From Thermoproteota archaeon (GTDB taxonomy: Archaea > Korarchaeota > Korarchaeia > Korarchaeales > Korarchaeaceae): 63,966 nt of DNA. Position numbers and translations under genes: made by a program. Location: the NCBI GenBank assembly GCA_027491435.1, contig JAOZFG010000018.1, forward strand, positions 1-63,966, written 5' to 3'. The notes beneath the pieces were generated by a model that saw nothing but the letters and a program-made list of their open reading frames with translations, was not told where the DNA came from and ran no database searches. Shown one piece after another: positions 9,467 to 19,392 of the stretch; position 1 is the first letter of the stretch; each line of letters begins with the position of its first letter.

Positions 9467-10504
9467 ATGCTAAACTTGCCCAGGACGGTGGATTTTAAGG
9501 ATGGGAGAGTCGTTTTAGTAGATCAGAGGGTGTTACCCGAAAAGCTGGCCTTTTACGAGTGTGACACCGTGGAGTGCGTAGCTTACGCCATAAAGAATAT
9601 GGTAGTTAGAGGCGCTCCCGCCATAGGGGCCACAGCCGCTTTCGGCTTGGCCATGAGGGCCCTTCAGATCTCAGAGCTTAGCTACGATCAGTTCATGGAT
9701 GAGATGGATAAAGCAGCCGAAATGTTGAGGTCTACCAGGCCTACTGCTGTGAACCTGTTCTGGGCCATTGACAGGGTGATGGAGGCAGTGAGGTCCTCAC
9801 AGAACCCTGAAGAAAGCGCGGAACTCGCGTTAGAGGAGGCTAGGAGGATAGCTGAGGAAGACGTGTCGAACAACATGAGAATAGGTGAGCACGGGAGTCC
9901 CCTTATAAGGGACGGTTCGACTGTGATGACAATATGCAACGCGGGCTCCCTAGCCACCGTTTGGTACGGAACCGCCACAGCCCCCATGTACAAGTCACTG
10001 GAGGAGGGTAAGAGGTTCCAAGTGATTGCCTTGGAGACGAGGCCCGTCCTCCAGGGGGCGAGAATAACGGCATTTGAACTCTCCAAAGCTGGAATTCCAG
10101 TTAAAGTGATCGTTGACGGGGCAGCGGGTTTCGTTATGAGGGAGTTTGGAGTAGACCTGATAATAACTGGCGCCGATAGGGTGCTGGCTGATGGGACGGT
10201 CTTCAACAAGATAGGCACCTATACCCTCTCGATCTTGGCTAAGGAGCACGGAGTCCCTTTCTTCGTTGCGGCCCCAACGTCTACCTTTGACCTGAAGTCA
10301 AAGAGGTCTGACGTGAGGATAGAGATGAGGGATCCTTCGGAGGTAAAGCAGATAAGGGGGGTCAAGATAGCTCCCGACGACGTGGAAGCGTTAAATCCAG
10401 CGTTTGACATGACTCCTCCTGAGAACGTAACCGGCATAATAACTGAGAAGGGGATAGTTAAGCCCCCACTCAAAAAATCTATATCCCAGCTGTTCGCCCA
10501 CTAA
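9467..10504 (+). CDS. mtnA: S-methyl-5-thioribose-1-phosphate isomerase (eIF-2B alpha/beta/delta family)
   Basis: VRGAPAIG, TRPTAVNL, CNAGSLAT, ETRPVLQGARIT, NKIGT, NPAFD. Confidence 0.9.
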   Translation: MLNLPRTVDFKDGRVVLVDQRVLPEKLAFYECDTVECVAYAIKNMVVRGAPAIGATAAFGLAMRALQISELSYDQFMDEMDKAAEMLRSTRPTAVNLFWAIDRVMEAVRSSQNPEESAELALEEARRIAEEDVSNNMRIGEHGSPLIRDGSTVMTICNAGSLATVWYGTATAPMYKSLEEGKRFQVIALETRPVLQGARITAFELSKAGIPVKVIVDGAAGFVMREFGVDLIITGADRVLADGTVFNKIGTYTLSILAKEHGVPFFVAAPTSTFDLKSKRSDVRIEMRDPSEVKQIRGVKIAPDDVEALNPAFDMTPPENVTGIITEKGIVKPPLKKSISQLFAH

Positions 10505-10512
10505 GTGATAAG

Positions 10513-12090
10513 ATGAGATACGGAAGGCCTGAGAGGGAGGAAGGTAACGTAGAGTATAAGCTCAAGCTATCCCCCGGTGATGAGGAGAGATTAGAAAAGC
10601 TAGCTACTCAACTTAACTACAGGCTAAAGGAAGGGGGTGGTGAGGCCTTTTACGAGATTGGCATATCTGACAGCGGTGAGCCGGTGGGCATAAGCGAGGA
10701 GGAGGCCAGGAAGAGCCTCGAAGTTATGGACAAGATAGTTAAGAGGATAGGCGCGACTTACATGGTGGTAAGGAAGGAGAGAGTGGGCCGGGGATACGTT
10801 TACGAACTCCTGATAAGGAGAACCCTGGACGTCCCCCCTGTTCAGGTTTCGGTGGCTTTACTTGGCAACGTGGACGCTGGTAAATCAACCCTCAAGGGAG
10901 TGTTGGTTAGCGGAACGTTGGACGACGGAGATGGCCTAGCCATGAGCAAGGTTGTTAGGTATCTCCACGAATTGAAGTTCAGAAGATCATCCTCAGTGTC
11001 AATACACTTGCTTGGTTTTGACTCCGAGGGGAACTCCGTGAATGAGGGGCTCATCGAGTATGACGAGGCTGAGATCTACCTCAAGTCCACAAAGGTGATT
11101 ACGTTGGTTGACTTGGCTGGCCATGAAAGGTACCTCAAGACAACTCTTAAAGGGGTGTTGGGCTCCACCCCTGACTACGTCGCAATGGTGATGGGGGGAA
11201 ACGCGGGCCCTATAGGGAGTTTCAAGGAACACTTGGGGATCTCAGTCACCCTGAAGATACCCCTCTTCGTGGTAGTGACTAAGGTGGACATGACCCCAAA
11301 GGAAACCTTGAAAAAGAACATTAGAAAGCTCTACTCGCTTCTCAAGCTACCAGGGGTGAATAAGGTCCCCTTCATAGTAAAGGATATGAATGATGTGGCC
11401 ATAGCTGCGAGGAACATGCCCTATGGCAGAGTATCTCCTATATTCATGATCTCTAATGTGACTGGGGAGGGGCTTCCTCTCCTTAAGAAGTTCCTTAACA
11501 TACTCCCTCCCAGATTAGACTGGCACGAGAGGGTGAAGGGCAGGTTCTTAGTTTACATAGACGAGAAGTTCAACGTTACCGGCGTTGGGTTGATCGTATC
11601 AGGATTGATTGAATCAGGAAGGGTGAAAGTCGGGGACAGGCTCCTCATCGGGCCGTTCCACGACGGCAGCTTCAGGACGGTGAGGATCAAGTCAATACAC
11701 GTGAACAGGGTTCCGGTTCAAGAGGCAGAGGCCGGACAATTAGCTACCTTCGCGATAACTAACGTCGACTACAGCGAGGTTAGGAAGGGAATGGTCTTGC
11801 TAGATGTGGATCAGAGGCCCAGGGCGGTAAGGGCCTTCAAGGCGAAGATAAGGGTCCTCCATCACCCGACTACCATTAAGGTCGGTTATGAACCAGTAAT
11901 TCAATTTAAGACAGTCAAACAACCGGCTAAGCTGGTAGAGTCCTCGAAACCTTTTCTGAGAAGTGGAGAGAGGGCTTTGGTCACCTTTAAGTTCATCAAA
12001 AGGCCTGAATACATCACCGTGGACACGGTCTTCCTCTTCAGGGAGGGCAGGACCAAGGGGCTGGGAAAAGTGGTGGAGCTGGTGGGCTGA
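10513..12090 (+). CDS. Translational GTPase of the GTPBP1/GTPBP2 family
   Basis: EEGNVEYKLKL N-domain; GNVDAGKST, DLAGHERYLKTT, TKVD; EF-Tu-like domains II/III ending FREGRTKGLG. Confidence 0.9.
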   Translation: MRYGRPEREEGNVEYKLKLSPGDEERLEKLATQLNYRLKEGGGEAFYEIGISDSGEPVGISEEEARKSLEVMDKIVKRIGATYMVVRKERVGRGYVYELLIRRTLDVPPVQVSVALLGNVDAGKSTLKGVLVSGTLDDGDGLAMSKVVRYLHELKFRRSSSVSIHLLGFDSEGNSVNEGLIEYDEAEIYLKSTKVITLVDLAGHERYLKTTLKGVLGSTPDYVAMVMGGNAGPIGSFKEHLGISVTLKIPLFVVVTKVDMTPKETLKKNIRKLYSLLKLPGVNKVPFIVKDMNDVAIAARNMPYGRVSPIFMISNVTGEGLPLLKKFLNILPPRLDWHERVKGRFLVYIDEKFNVTGVGLIVSGLIESGRVKVGDRLLIGPFHDGSFRTVRIKSIHVNRVPVQEAEAGQLATFAITNVDYSEVRKGMVLLDVDQRPRAVRAFKAKIRVLHHPTTIKVGYEPVIQFKTVKQPAKLVESSKPFLRSGERALVTFKFIKRPEYITVDTVFLFREGRTKGLGKVVELVG

Positions 12091-12091
12091 C

Positions 12092-13951
12092 TTGAAAATA
12101 AGGATAAAAGACAAAGTGTTCGAGAAGTCAGTTCCTGAGGAAAAATTTTGGCAAATTCTCAGGAAAATTAAAAAAATATGCAAATTTAACAGGGATCATA
12201 AAGAATGGGTATTTATACCAGAGCGGGCACTGTGTAACGACTACTCCTTCCTCTACAAGGAGTTATCTATCCCCCGCGGCGTAGTGGAATCCGCCGTCAG
12301 GGAGGCTAGGGAGGGCATAATTAGAGAGCTCAAAGACCTGCTAAGGGAAGGTGTGGTGGCATACTATCCCTGTGAGAAGCCGAGATCCCCATTTTACTTA
12401 ACGGATAAATTCGCCATTCTATCTAACAAAAAGGCAAAGGAACTCCTCCTCCGCGAAGGTCCGCTTAAGGCCTTCGAGAGAATAAGCGCCCAGCTCAACA
12501 CGGGCATTTACCCAGAAGAAGCCCTCAAAGTGCTCGGCGACATTCTAAAGATAGTTAAGAGAATAAGGTTTAAAGACGGAATAAAAAAGATGATTATAGA
12601 ACTGGAGGATCCAGAGGAGAAATTAATTAAGTTACTCGAGCCCCTCTTCACCCTCAAATATTATGTTAAAACCTTAACTGAAATTACCGTAAAAGATATA
12701 AGAATAGTTAAACAGAGGTCCTTTAGAGAGCTTGAAGCCCCCTTCTTCTTGTATCATAAGGTTAGGGACATAGCGGAGAAGCAAGGGTATGACGTCGTCG
12801 ACGAGATCTCGTGGCCAGAGGAAAGATTGGATGATCTATCGGCAAATTACGAGCTTTATGACTTTCAGAAGGAGGCAGTAGATGCTTGGGAAAAGCAATC
12901 TATGTTTGGGACGGTGGTCCTTCCGACAGGGGCTGGTAAAACCTACGTGGGGTTGGAGGCCATAAGGAGGGCTTCTATACCGACCTTAGTCTGCGTGGTA
13001 ACTGAGGAGCTAGCGAAGCAGTGGGTTGAGCTTATAGATAAAAAACTCGGGGTGAAGGCAGGCATCTTTACTGGAAAGAAAAAGGAGATAAGGCCTATCA
13101 CGGTGGGTATATACAATTCGGTGGCCAGGCACATAGATAAGCTGTACGACAGATTTGGCTTAATAATATTCGATGAGGTCCACCACGTTCCTGCCCAGAC
13201 CTTCAAAGACGTAGCCCTTCAGGCTAAAGCGAGAAGGAGGCTAGGGCTATCTGCTACTCCGGATAGGGCGGACGGTAATGAACATTTAATCTTCCTCACC
13301 TCCGGAGATGTAGTTTATAAGATGAGTTACATTGAGTTAATGGAGAGAAGTTTCCTAGCTCCGCTGAGGCATCACATTGTTTACGTGAACCTTAATGAGG
13401 ATGAAAAGAGAAAGCTGGCTAGAGAACTTGCTCTTGCTAGAGGGGAGGAGGAAAGGAAGGTCATAGAGAGAAGGTACGCCTTGCAAGCCTCTGAGAAGAT
13501 ACAGAGGATCTTGGAGATAGTCTCCAAGGAGAGAAGCAGGAAGATAATTATATTTACCGAGTATTTGGATCAGGCCGAATCTATTTACAGGGCATTGAAG
13601 GAGGCCGGCTTTAGGGTAGCCTTATTGACTGGTAAGACCAAGAACAGGTACGAAATATTCGAATCGTTCCGAAGAGGAGATGTAAACGTAATCGTGACTA
13701 CCAGAGTATTGGACGAGGGAGTAGATGTACCTGACGCTGATGTGGCCATAATAGCGAGTGGAACCGGTTCTAAGAGACAGATGGCTCAAAGGGTGGGGAG
13801 AGTATTGAGATGGGCGCCCAATAAGGTAGCTGACGTTTATGAAATTGTAACTAAAGGGACAATAGAAGAAAGATTATCCAGAATAAGAAGGAAAGGTCTT
13901 CCAAATCTTTCATACAGGGGAAGAAGGGCCAAACCTTATAAGTTAGGTTAG
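12092..13951 (+). CDS. XPB/Rad25-like SF2 DNA helicase with a long N-terminal extension
   Basis: LPTGAGKT, DEVH, SAT, LDEGVDVPD, QRVGRVLR; TTG start just after the upstream stop. Confidence 0.88.
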   Translation: MKIRIKDKVFEKSVPEEKFWQILRKIKKICKFNRDHKEWVFIPERALCNDYSFLYKELSIPRGVVESAVREAREGIIRELKDLLREGVVAYYPCEKPRSPFYLTDKFAILSNKKAKELLLREGPLKAFERISAQLNTGIYPEEALKVLGDILKIVKRIRFKDGIKKMIIELEDPEEKLIKLLEPLFTLKYYVKTLTEITVKDIRIVKQRSFRELEAPFFLYHKVRDIAEKQGYDVVDEISWPEERLDDLSANYELYDFQKEAVDAWEKQSMFGTVVLPTGAGKTYVGLEAIRRASIPTLVCVVTEELAKQWVELIDKKLGVKAGIFTGKKKEIRPITVGIYNSVARHIDKLYDRFGLIIFDEVHHVPAQTFKDVALQAKARRRLGLSATPDRADGNEHLIFLTSGDVVYKMSYIELMERSFLAPLRHHIVYVNLNEDEKRKLARELALARGEEERKVIERRYALQASEKIQRILEIVSKERSRKIIIFTEYLDQAESIYRALKEAGFRVALLTGKTKNRYEIFESFRRGDVNVIVTTRVLDEGVDVPDADVAIIASGTGSKRQMAQRVGRVLRWAPNKVADVYEIVTKGTIEERLSRIRRKGLPNLSYRGRRAKPYKLG

Positions 13952-13961
13952 ACTAACATAA
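13943..13961. promoter_or_regulatory. DtxR/IdeR-type metal-repressor operator upstream of feoAB
   Basis: TTAGGTTAGACTAACATAA matches the DtxR consensus TTAGGTTAGCCTAACCTAA at 17/19; abuts TATA-like CTTATAAG. Confidence 0.75.
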
Positions 13962-14001
13962 TGGGTAATAACGGCTACCCCCAATTAGGGTGGGCGTGAT
14001 C

Positions 14002-14271
14002 ATGAGAATTGCAGTCCTCTCAGGGGTTCCAGCGGGCTCTAAGGCCAAGGTGATCTCTATAACCGCTGGCAAGGGGAAGGTGAGGAGGCTTATGGAGATG
14101 GGCATACTTCCGGGAGAAATTTTAGAGGTCATCTCCAATTCAGTAGGGCCAGTTATCGTCAGGGTTAGGGGGTCTATGGTAGCCATAGGCCGAGGCATGG
14201 CGTCGAATATACTGGTGGAGGTGATAGGGAATGAAAGTAGACTACACCATAGCGATAGCGGGACCTCCTAA
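14002..14271 (+). CDS. feoA: Ferrous iron transport protein A
   Basis: RRLMEMGILPG...GPVIVRVRGSMVAIGRGMA; directly upstream of feoB. Confidence 0.93.
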   Translation: MRIAVLSGVPAGSKAKVISITAGKGKVRRLMEMGILPGEILEVISNSVGPVIVRVRGSMVAIGRGMASNILVEVIGNESRLHHSDSGTS

Positions 14272-16330
14272 CGTGGGTAAGAGCACTCTATTCAACAGGC
14301 TCACTGGCGGGGAGGCTCACGTTGCTAACTGGCCAGGGGTCACTTTGGAGAGGAAAGAGGGAGTTCTAAGACACCATGACAAATTACTGAAGGTTGTTGA
14401 CCTCCCTGGAACTTACAGCCTTTCAGCTAACGACTTAGGTGAACTCATAGCCAGGGAGTTCTTGGTGAACGAGAGGCCTGACGCAGTTATCGTGGTTGTA
14501 GACGCCACATCCCTAGATAGAACCCTATATCTAGCAATAATGCTATTAGAGATGTATCCGAAAGCTGTTTTAGCCCTTAATATGGCTGATGCAGCCGAGA
14601 AGAGGGGAATTCACGTAGATTTGGAGGGTTTAGAGAAGAGGTTAGGCGTTCCTGTAGTCATGATATCTGCCCTAAAGGGGGTGGGCGTAGGCTCCCTTCT
14701 AGATAGGGTATTGGAAGTTGCTGAAGGAAGTGTTGGAAGGGAAGAACCGCTTAAGGTGGACTACGACGGGCTCGAACCCTATATAGCAATGCTGGAGGAT
14801 CTTTTAGGTGATATACCAGAAAAGCTAGGGTATCCCAGCAGGTGGCTGGCCGTTAGGCTGCTCGAAGGCGACGAACACATATTAGACAAGGTAAATGAAT
14901 TAGATTCATCTTTGGCTCATTCAATCAATGAATTAATCGAAAAAGCCAAAAAAGAGCTTAATATAAGCCCGGATCTTCTGGCAATTCAATCAAGATATGA
15001 GCTTATAGATCAGTTGGTTGCCAGGTACGTGACGAGGGTCAAGCTGGCGAGGCCTTCCCTTTCAGAGGCCCTAGACAAGGCTCTTTTGAATCCGCTGGCC
15101 GGTCCTCTGCTAGCTACGGCCCTAATATTGAGTACTTTCTTCATAATATTTACGCTTAATACGGGTTTTCCATTAAATTTGTTGTTTGATCTCCTGGGGA
15201 TGGAGAGTATAGCCTCTGCTATAGAGGAAAATAGTTTATCAGGATTATTGGGACGTCTCTTCGAGTCGTTATCAGAGCAGGTCAAGGAGGGGCTCCTGTC
15301 TTCTGGAAGTGAAGAGTGGTTAGCCCTCTTAGTGTCTGATGGAATAATAGGGAGCCTAGGTACTCTAATTTCTTTCGTACCGCTCCTCTTCTTTGCCTAT
15401 GTAATAATGGGGGCTTTTGAGGACAGTGGACTCTTCGCTAGGGCTGCAGTGGTGTATGATAGGTTGTTTAGAAAGTTCGGGCTGTCTGGTAGGGCTTTCT
15501 TCCCTGCTGTTCTGGGCATGGGATGTAACGTGGCTTCGATAATCTCAACTAGAGCCATGGACGACGACAGGGAGAGGGTAGTAACAGCGATGGCTTCTCC
15601 CTTAATACCGTGCCAAGCCAGGTTAGTCGTCCTCTTGGCCCTAGCCGCCTCCGCGTTCGAAGATCCTTTAATGCAGGCCTCGCTCGCAGTAGGCATTTAC
15701 CTGTTAAGCTTTATAATGTTTCTAATCGTATCTGATTTGCTTAATAGATTCGTCTTTAAGATAAGAATTGCCCCTGACCTACTAATGGAACTCCCACCTT
15801 ATCACAGGCCGAGCCTCAGGGTGATATGGTGGTACGCTAGGAGCAACACTGAGCATTTCTTGAGGAAGGCGGGATGGATAATAATGGCCCTAGGAATCTC
15901 GACTTGGTTTTTGCTAAACTTCAACTTTAATGGGTACGTAGGAGATAACGTAACAGCTAGCTTTGCTGCCTCCTTAGGGAAGGCCTTAGTTCCCATAACA
16001 TCTATGATAGGGCTTAACGACTGGAAGTTCGCCTTGGGATTTGAAGTGGGGTTCATAGCCAAGGAAGGGTTAGTAGTGACTTTCTCCAACTTAGCGGGAG
16101 TAGCTGACCCAGTGAAAGCCCTTAGGATACTGGGGCTCACCCCTCTCAAGGCGCTATCTATGGCCTTAGCTATGAACTTCTACGTTCCCTGTCTAGCTAC
16201 TGTAGCAGCTCTAATTACTGAGCTGAGGAGACTGAAGTACGTTTTAATAACTGTGGGATATCAGATGATCTTGGCCTTCGTCTTAGCAGCTGGCGTCTAT
16301 TGGGCAGGAGTCATGCTAGGGTTTGCCTAG
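14231..16330 (+). CDS. feoB: Ferrous iron transport protein B
   Basis: GPPNVGKS, NWPGVT, DLPGTYS; polytopic membrane domain with PCQAR, MELPPY, YVPC. Confidence 0.97.
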   Translation: MKVDYTIAIAGPPNVGKSTLFNRLTGGEAHVANWPGVTLERKEGVLRHHDKLLKVVDLPGTYSLSANDLGELIAREFLVNERPDAVIVVVDATSLDRTLYLAIMLLEMYPKAVLALNMADAAEKRGIHVDLEGLEKRLGVPVVMISALKGVGVGSLLDRVLEVAEGSVGREEPLKVDYDGLEPYIAMLEDLLGDIPEKLGYPSRWLAVRLLEGDEHILDKVNELDSSLAHSINELIEKAKKELNISPDLLAIQSRYELIDQLVARYVTRVKLARPSLSEALDKALLNPLAGPLLATALILSTFFIIFTLNTGFPLNLLFDLLGMESIASAIEENSLSGLLGRLFESLSEQVKEGLLSSGSEEWLALLVSDGIIGSLGTLISFVPLLFFAYVIMGAFEDSGLFARAAVVYDRLFRKFGLSGRAFFPAVLGMGCNVASIISTRAMDDDRERVVTAMASPLIPCQARLVVLLALAASAFEDPLMQASLAVGIYLLSFIMFLIVSDLLNRFVFKIRIAPDLLMELPPYHRPSLRVIWWYARSNTEHFLRKAGWIIMALGISTWFLLNFNFNGYVGDNVTASFAASLGKALVPITSMIGLNDWKFALGFEVGFIAKEGLVVTFSNLAGVADPVKALRILGLTPLKALSMALAMNFYVPCLATVAALITELRRLKYVLITVGYQMILAFVLAAGVYWAGVMLGFA

Positions 16331-16364
16331 CCTCCTTTTATTTTCATCTTTCAAATAATTTCGT

Positions 16365-16862
16365 ATGGACGAGCTGGACTCCAGAATACTCCGAGAGTTG
16401 TCCAAAGATGGTAGAATTCCAGTTAAGGTCTTAGCGGAGAGGATTGGTGTTCCTAGGACTACAGTTGCGTTAAGAATGAGGAAATTAGTGGATTCTGGGG
16501 TCATCAAGGGATTCTACGCTGAGATAGACTATAAGAAGCTTGATTATACCATAACCTCGTTCGTCCTCATACAGGTCAAGAGGGGAAAGCCCATACAGGG
16601 CAAGTCTAACCAGGAAGTCTTGGCCGAGAACTTGGTAAAAGAGCTTTCTAAAAGAGATGGGCTACCTTGGATAGAGGAAGCTCACATAGTGACCGGGGAC
16701 TTCGACTTACTCCTAAAGGTGAGGGCAAAATCCATGGAAGAGCTTACCAAATTCCTGATCGCTGAGCTAGCAAAGTATCCAGACGTTGAGAGGACTCACA
16801 CAATGATAGTGTTGGAGACCCCACACGAGGGGAGGATACCTCCTGAAAAGCTCAAGGTTTGA
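16365..16862 (+). CDS. Lrp/AsnC family transcriptional regulator
   Basis: MDELDSRILRELSKDGR HTH; VTGDFDLLLKV RAM domain. Confidence 0.93.
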   Translation: MDELDSRILRELSKDGRIPVKVLAERIGVPRTTVALRMRKLVDSGVIKGFYAEIDYKKLDYTITSFVLIQVKRGKPIQGKSNQEVLAENLVKELSKRDGLPWIEEAHIVTGDFDLLLKVRAKSMEELTKFLIAELAKYPDVERTHTMIVLETPHEGRIPPEKLKV

Positions 16863-17544
16863 GCTCTGACAGCAAAGGTATCTCCTCCAGCAACTCATCG
16901 CTGACCTTTTCCCAAAGTATCCTCGGGCGTCCCCTCCTGCCCGTCCTTATTATCCTGGTAGGGGTGACTATCAAGCTTACGGGCATGTCGTGCTCCTCGG
17001 AAGGGATCTCCTTCAGGACTTGGAGGTCATGCACTGTTGTGGCCACTGGAGTATCCTCTGTGATGGCCCCGATCTCCCCTAGAATCCCGTATTCCAGGTC
17101 TGAGTATCCATGCCCCTTACCTACCCTGTTGCCAGACTCGTCGACTGCCACGGATCCGGTGACCTTCATATCGATCCTAGGAACGTTAAGCCTCACGTTA
17201 ATCCCGTGCTTAAACGCCCCCTTGATGGATGAGGCCTCCCAGTAATTTTTCGGCATTATTTTCGACGGATCTAGTAGGAGAAAGCCCTTCCTCAGCCGAG
17301 GGGTCGACATGATAACAACTTTTCCCTGCATCAGCGCCAGGTGCCTAACGAACCTTTGAGGGGAATCCGGATTAACGAATATCACGGAAGAAGACCTCCA
17401 CTCGGGCGTCTTAGAAAGGTTTACAGCGGCAATTTCTGCCCCCTTAAAGTTAGGTATCCTCCCCTCTACAGGGAAGGGGAATCTGGCAACTCCCCTCTCC
17501 ACCAAGAGGTTCCAGACGTATCTCCTTATATCTTCCTTATTCAA
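16852..17544 (-). CDS. 5-formyltetrahydrofolate cyclo-ligase-like protein (MTHFSD/COG0212 paralog)
   Basis: GRIPNFKGA, VNPDSPQ, GSVAVD..G.RVGKGHGYSDLEY, TTVHDLQV. Confidence 0.88.
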   Translation of the reverse strand: MNKEDIRRYVWNLLVERGVARFPFPVEGRIPNFKGAEIAAVNLSKTPEWRSSSVIFVNPDSPQRFVRHLALMQGKVVIMSTPRLRKGFLLLDPSKIMPKNYWEASSIKGAFKHGINVRLNVPRIDMKVTGSVAVDESGNRVGKGHGYSDLEYGILGEIGAITEDTPVATTVHDLQVLKEIPSEEHDMPVSLIVTPTRIIRTGRRGRPRILWEKVSDELLEEIPLLSELKP

Positions 17545-17568
17545 GTAGCTACACCCCGAGGTGTTTAG

Positions 17569-17862
17569 ATGAGCTTTAGGGAGAGGATAATGGAGGTTCT
17601 ATTAAATACTAACGAGCCTCTCACGGCCGAACAGATAGCCGTTATGGCTGGCTTGGATCCATCTCAGTCCAGAGAAGTTTACGAGCACTTGAGGCACATA
17701 GCTAAGACCGTGAGGGCAAAATATGGGAAAGTCCTGTACATGCAGCCAGCCGAGTGCAGGAAGTGTGGTTACGTGTTCAACTCAGACAAACCTAAGAAGC
17801 CCAGTAAATGCCCCAGGTGCGGTAGCACTTGGATAGAGCCGCCGAGGTTCATCATCAAGTGA
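17569..17862 (+). CDS. HTH plus Zn-ribbon transcriptional regulator (COG3357-like)
   Basis: VYEHLRHIAKT; CRKCG...KPSKCPRCGS.WIEPPRF. Confidence 0.85.
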   Translation: MSFRERIMEVLLNTNEPLTAEQIAVMAGLDPSQSREVYEHLRHIAKTVRAKYGKVLYMQPAECRKCGYVFNSDKPKKPSKCPRCGSTWIEPPRFIIK

Positions 17863-19066
17863 TTATTATGTCGACTATCGTGTCCCTGACCTTCTTCACC
17901 ACATCCTCGCTGACGCTTTCTAAGCTCGAGTGGGCCCTGCTCTCCTCCTCTATCGTGCCCAATGAGATGGTAGGTATCCCTTGACTAGCGAAGACGAAGC
18001 CGTCGTTTCCCCCCAGGGAAGCCGCTATCCTTTCCTCTCCAAAGTGTTTTTTGTACGAGTTCAAGGCCACCCTGACCAACTCGCTGTTTGGGTCGGTTCG
18101 CCAACCTGGGTTCATAGTTTCCTCTAACTCCAACTCGACGTCGACCCCGTATTTGACTGAGAGGTTGGTCACGAAGGCCCTGAGCTCATTGACAACTTTC
18201 TCCTTGTCCTCATCAGGGATGAACCTAACGTCAAAGCCAAGCCTAGCCTCGTCAGGTATCACGTTATGCTTGCTACCCCCTTCCATCATGGTTATGCTAA
18301 ACCTGCCCCAAAGCTTTGGGACGGGGGATCCTGGTGGCGAAGGTATCGACGATATCTTCGACGCCATGTGAGCGGAGAAGGTCGTAAGCAGATCGTTGCC
18401 TACAAGTATGGCGGCATGAACAGGGTTTTTAGACAGAAAAGGCCTACCGGCGTGCCCGCTAACCCCTTTAACTTTGATCCACCCATGTACCACGCCACTT
18501 GCCCCAACTCCTATGAAAGATGGAGCGGCATCAATGACTAACACGTTATCGGGCTTGATACCGGCCTCCTTGAACCCCTTTTCAGCGAGGACGAAGACTC
18601 CCTTACCCCCTACCTCTTCATCACCAACCACAGCCATTATGGGCTTGTACCTGAGCCCTCCACCGTTTGAGTAGTGCTCTCTAACCCTATCCAAAGTCGA
18701 TATAGAGAGCGCTATGGCGGACTTATCGTCGGCAGCACCTCTACCATAAATCCTGCCATTTACCCTTATAGGATCAAAGGGGCTGAATTCACGTCCGTTT
18801 AAAACCCATGTTTTATCGGCGGGCACCACGTCGTAGTGAGACAAAAGTATTAAGTTGACGTCGGCTGTGACGTCTGGCCACACAAGTATGCTGGGCAGGG
18901 GCCCTTTCTCATCACTATACTCGTGGACGAAATATCTGAAACCTAATTCCTCAGCCTTGTCCCTAATGACCTCAATAATCTCCCTATAATTCTTCCTCAA
19001 CTTAGAATTTGTATCTATTCTGACTAAGTTCATCAGGAAGAGAAACATCTCCTCGTCCGTCAGCAT
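17855..19066 (-). CDS. M20 family metallo-hydrolase (ArgE/DapE-like)
   Basis: SHYDVVP, YGRGAADDKS, DEE, GH, HS..E. Confidence 0.9.
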   Translation of the reverse strand: MLTDEEMFLFLMNLVRIDTNSKLRKNYREIIEVIRDKAEELGFRYFVHEYSDEKGPLPSILVWPDVTADVNLILLSHYDVVPADKTWVLNGREFSPFDPIRVNGRIYGRGAADDKSAIALSISTLDRVREHYSNGGGLRYKPIMAVVGDEEVGGKGVFVLAEKGFKEAGIKPDNVLVIDAAPSFIGVGASGVVHGWIKVKGVSGHAGRPFLSKNPVHAAILVGNDLLTTFSAHMASKISSIPSPPGSPVPKLWGRFSITMMEGGSKHNVIPDEARLGFDVRFIPDEDKEKVVNELRAFVTNLSVKYGVDVELELEETMNPGWRTDPNSELVRVALNSYKKHFGEERIAASLGGNDGFVFASQGIPTISLGTIEEESRAHSSLESVSEDVVKKVRDTIVDIIIT

Positions 19067-19162
19067 ATGGTTAGTCTCGCCGTGAACCATAAAAAGTCAG
19101 CTTAACTCAAGTTATTCTATTGTGACATAATTAGTACAATATAAAAGTATTGATTTTAAACT

Positions 19163-19180
19163 TATCAAATTATTTTGATA
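19163..19180. promoter_or_regulatory. Inverted repeat TATCAAA-N4-TTTGATA in the AT-rich divergent intergenic region
   Basis: Perfect 7-bp inverted repeat between the M20 peptidase and malic enzyme genes. Confidence 0.4.
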
Positions 19181-19392
19181 TTATTAGTTAATATAAGATA
19201 AATTTTTAATAAGATTAACTGTGCGAATCCTCTCAGAATCACGCATACTGGGCAGAGAAGGCTTATCTCAATTAAATAATGAGTCGTAGCTGGAGTGGGA
19301 GCTTGATAACTGCTCAGGCTCTTGCTAAACCGGCGTTAATCGCTTGAGTAATTATTAAGTTAAAAGCCCTGAACTATTCATAGGTGTCTATC

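Noticed and set aside
11963-12091. Upstream extension of the helicase ORF
   Set aside because: It overlaps the GTPBP C-terminus out of frame; TTG 12092 is the plausible start
16316-16330. CTAGG-GTTTG-CCTAG as a second DtxR box at the end of feoB
   Set aside because: The spacing is off by one and the flanks match poorly; it lies in coding sequence
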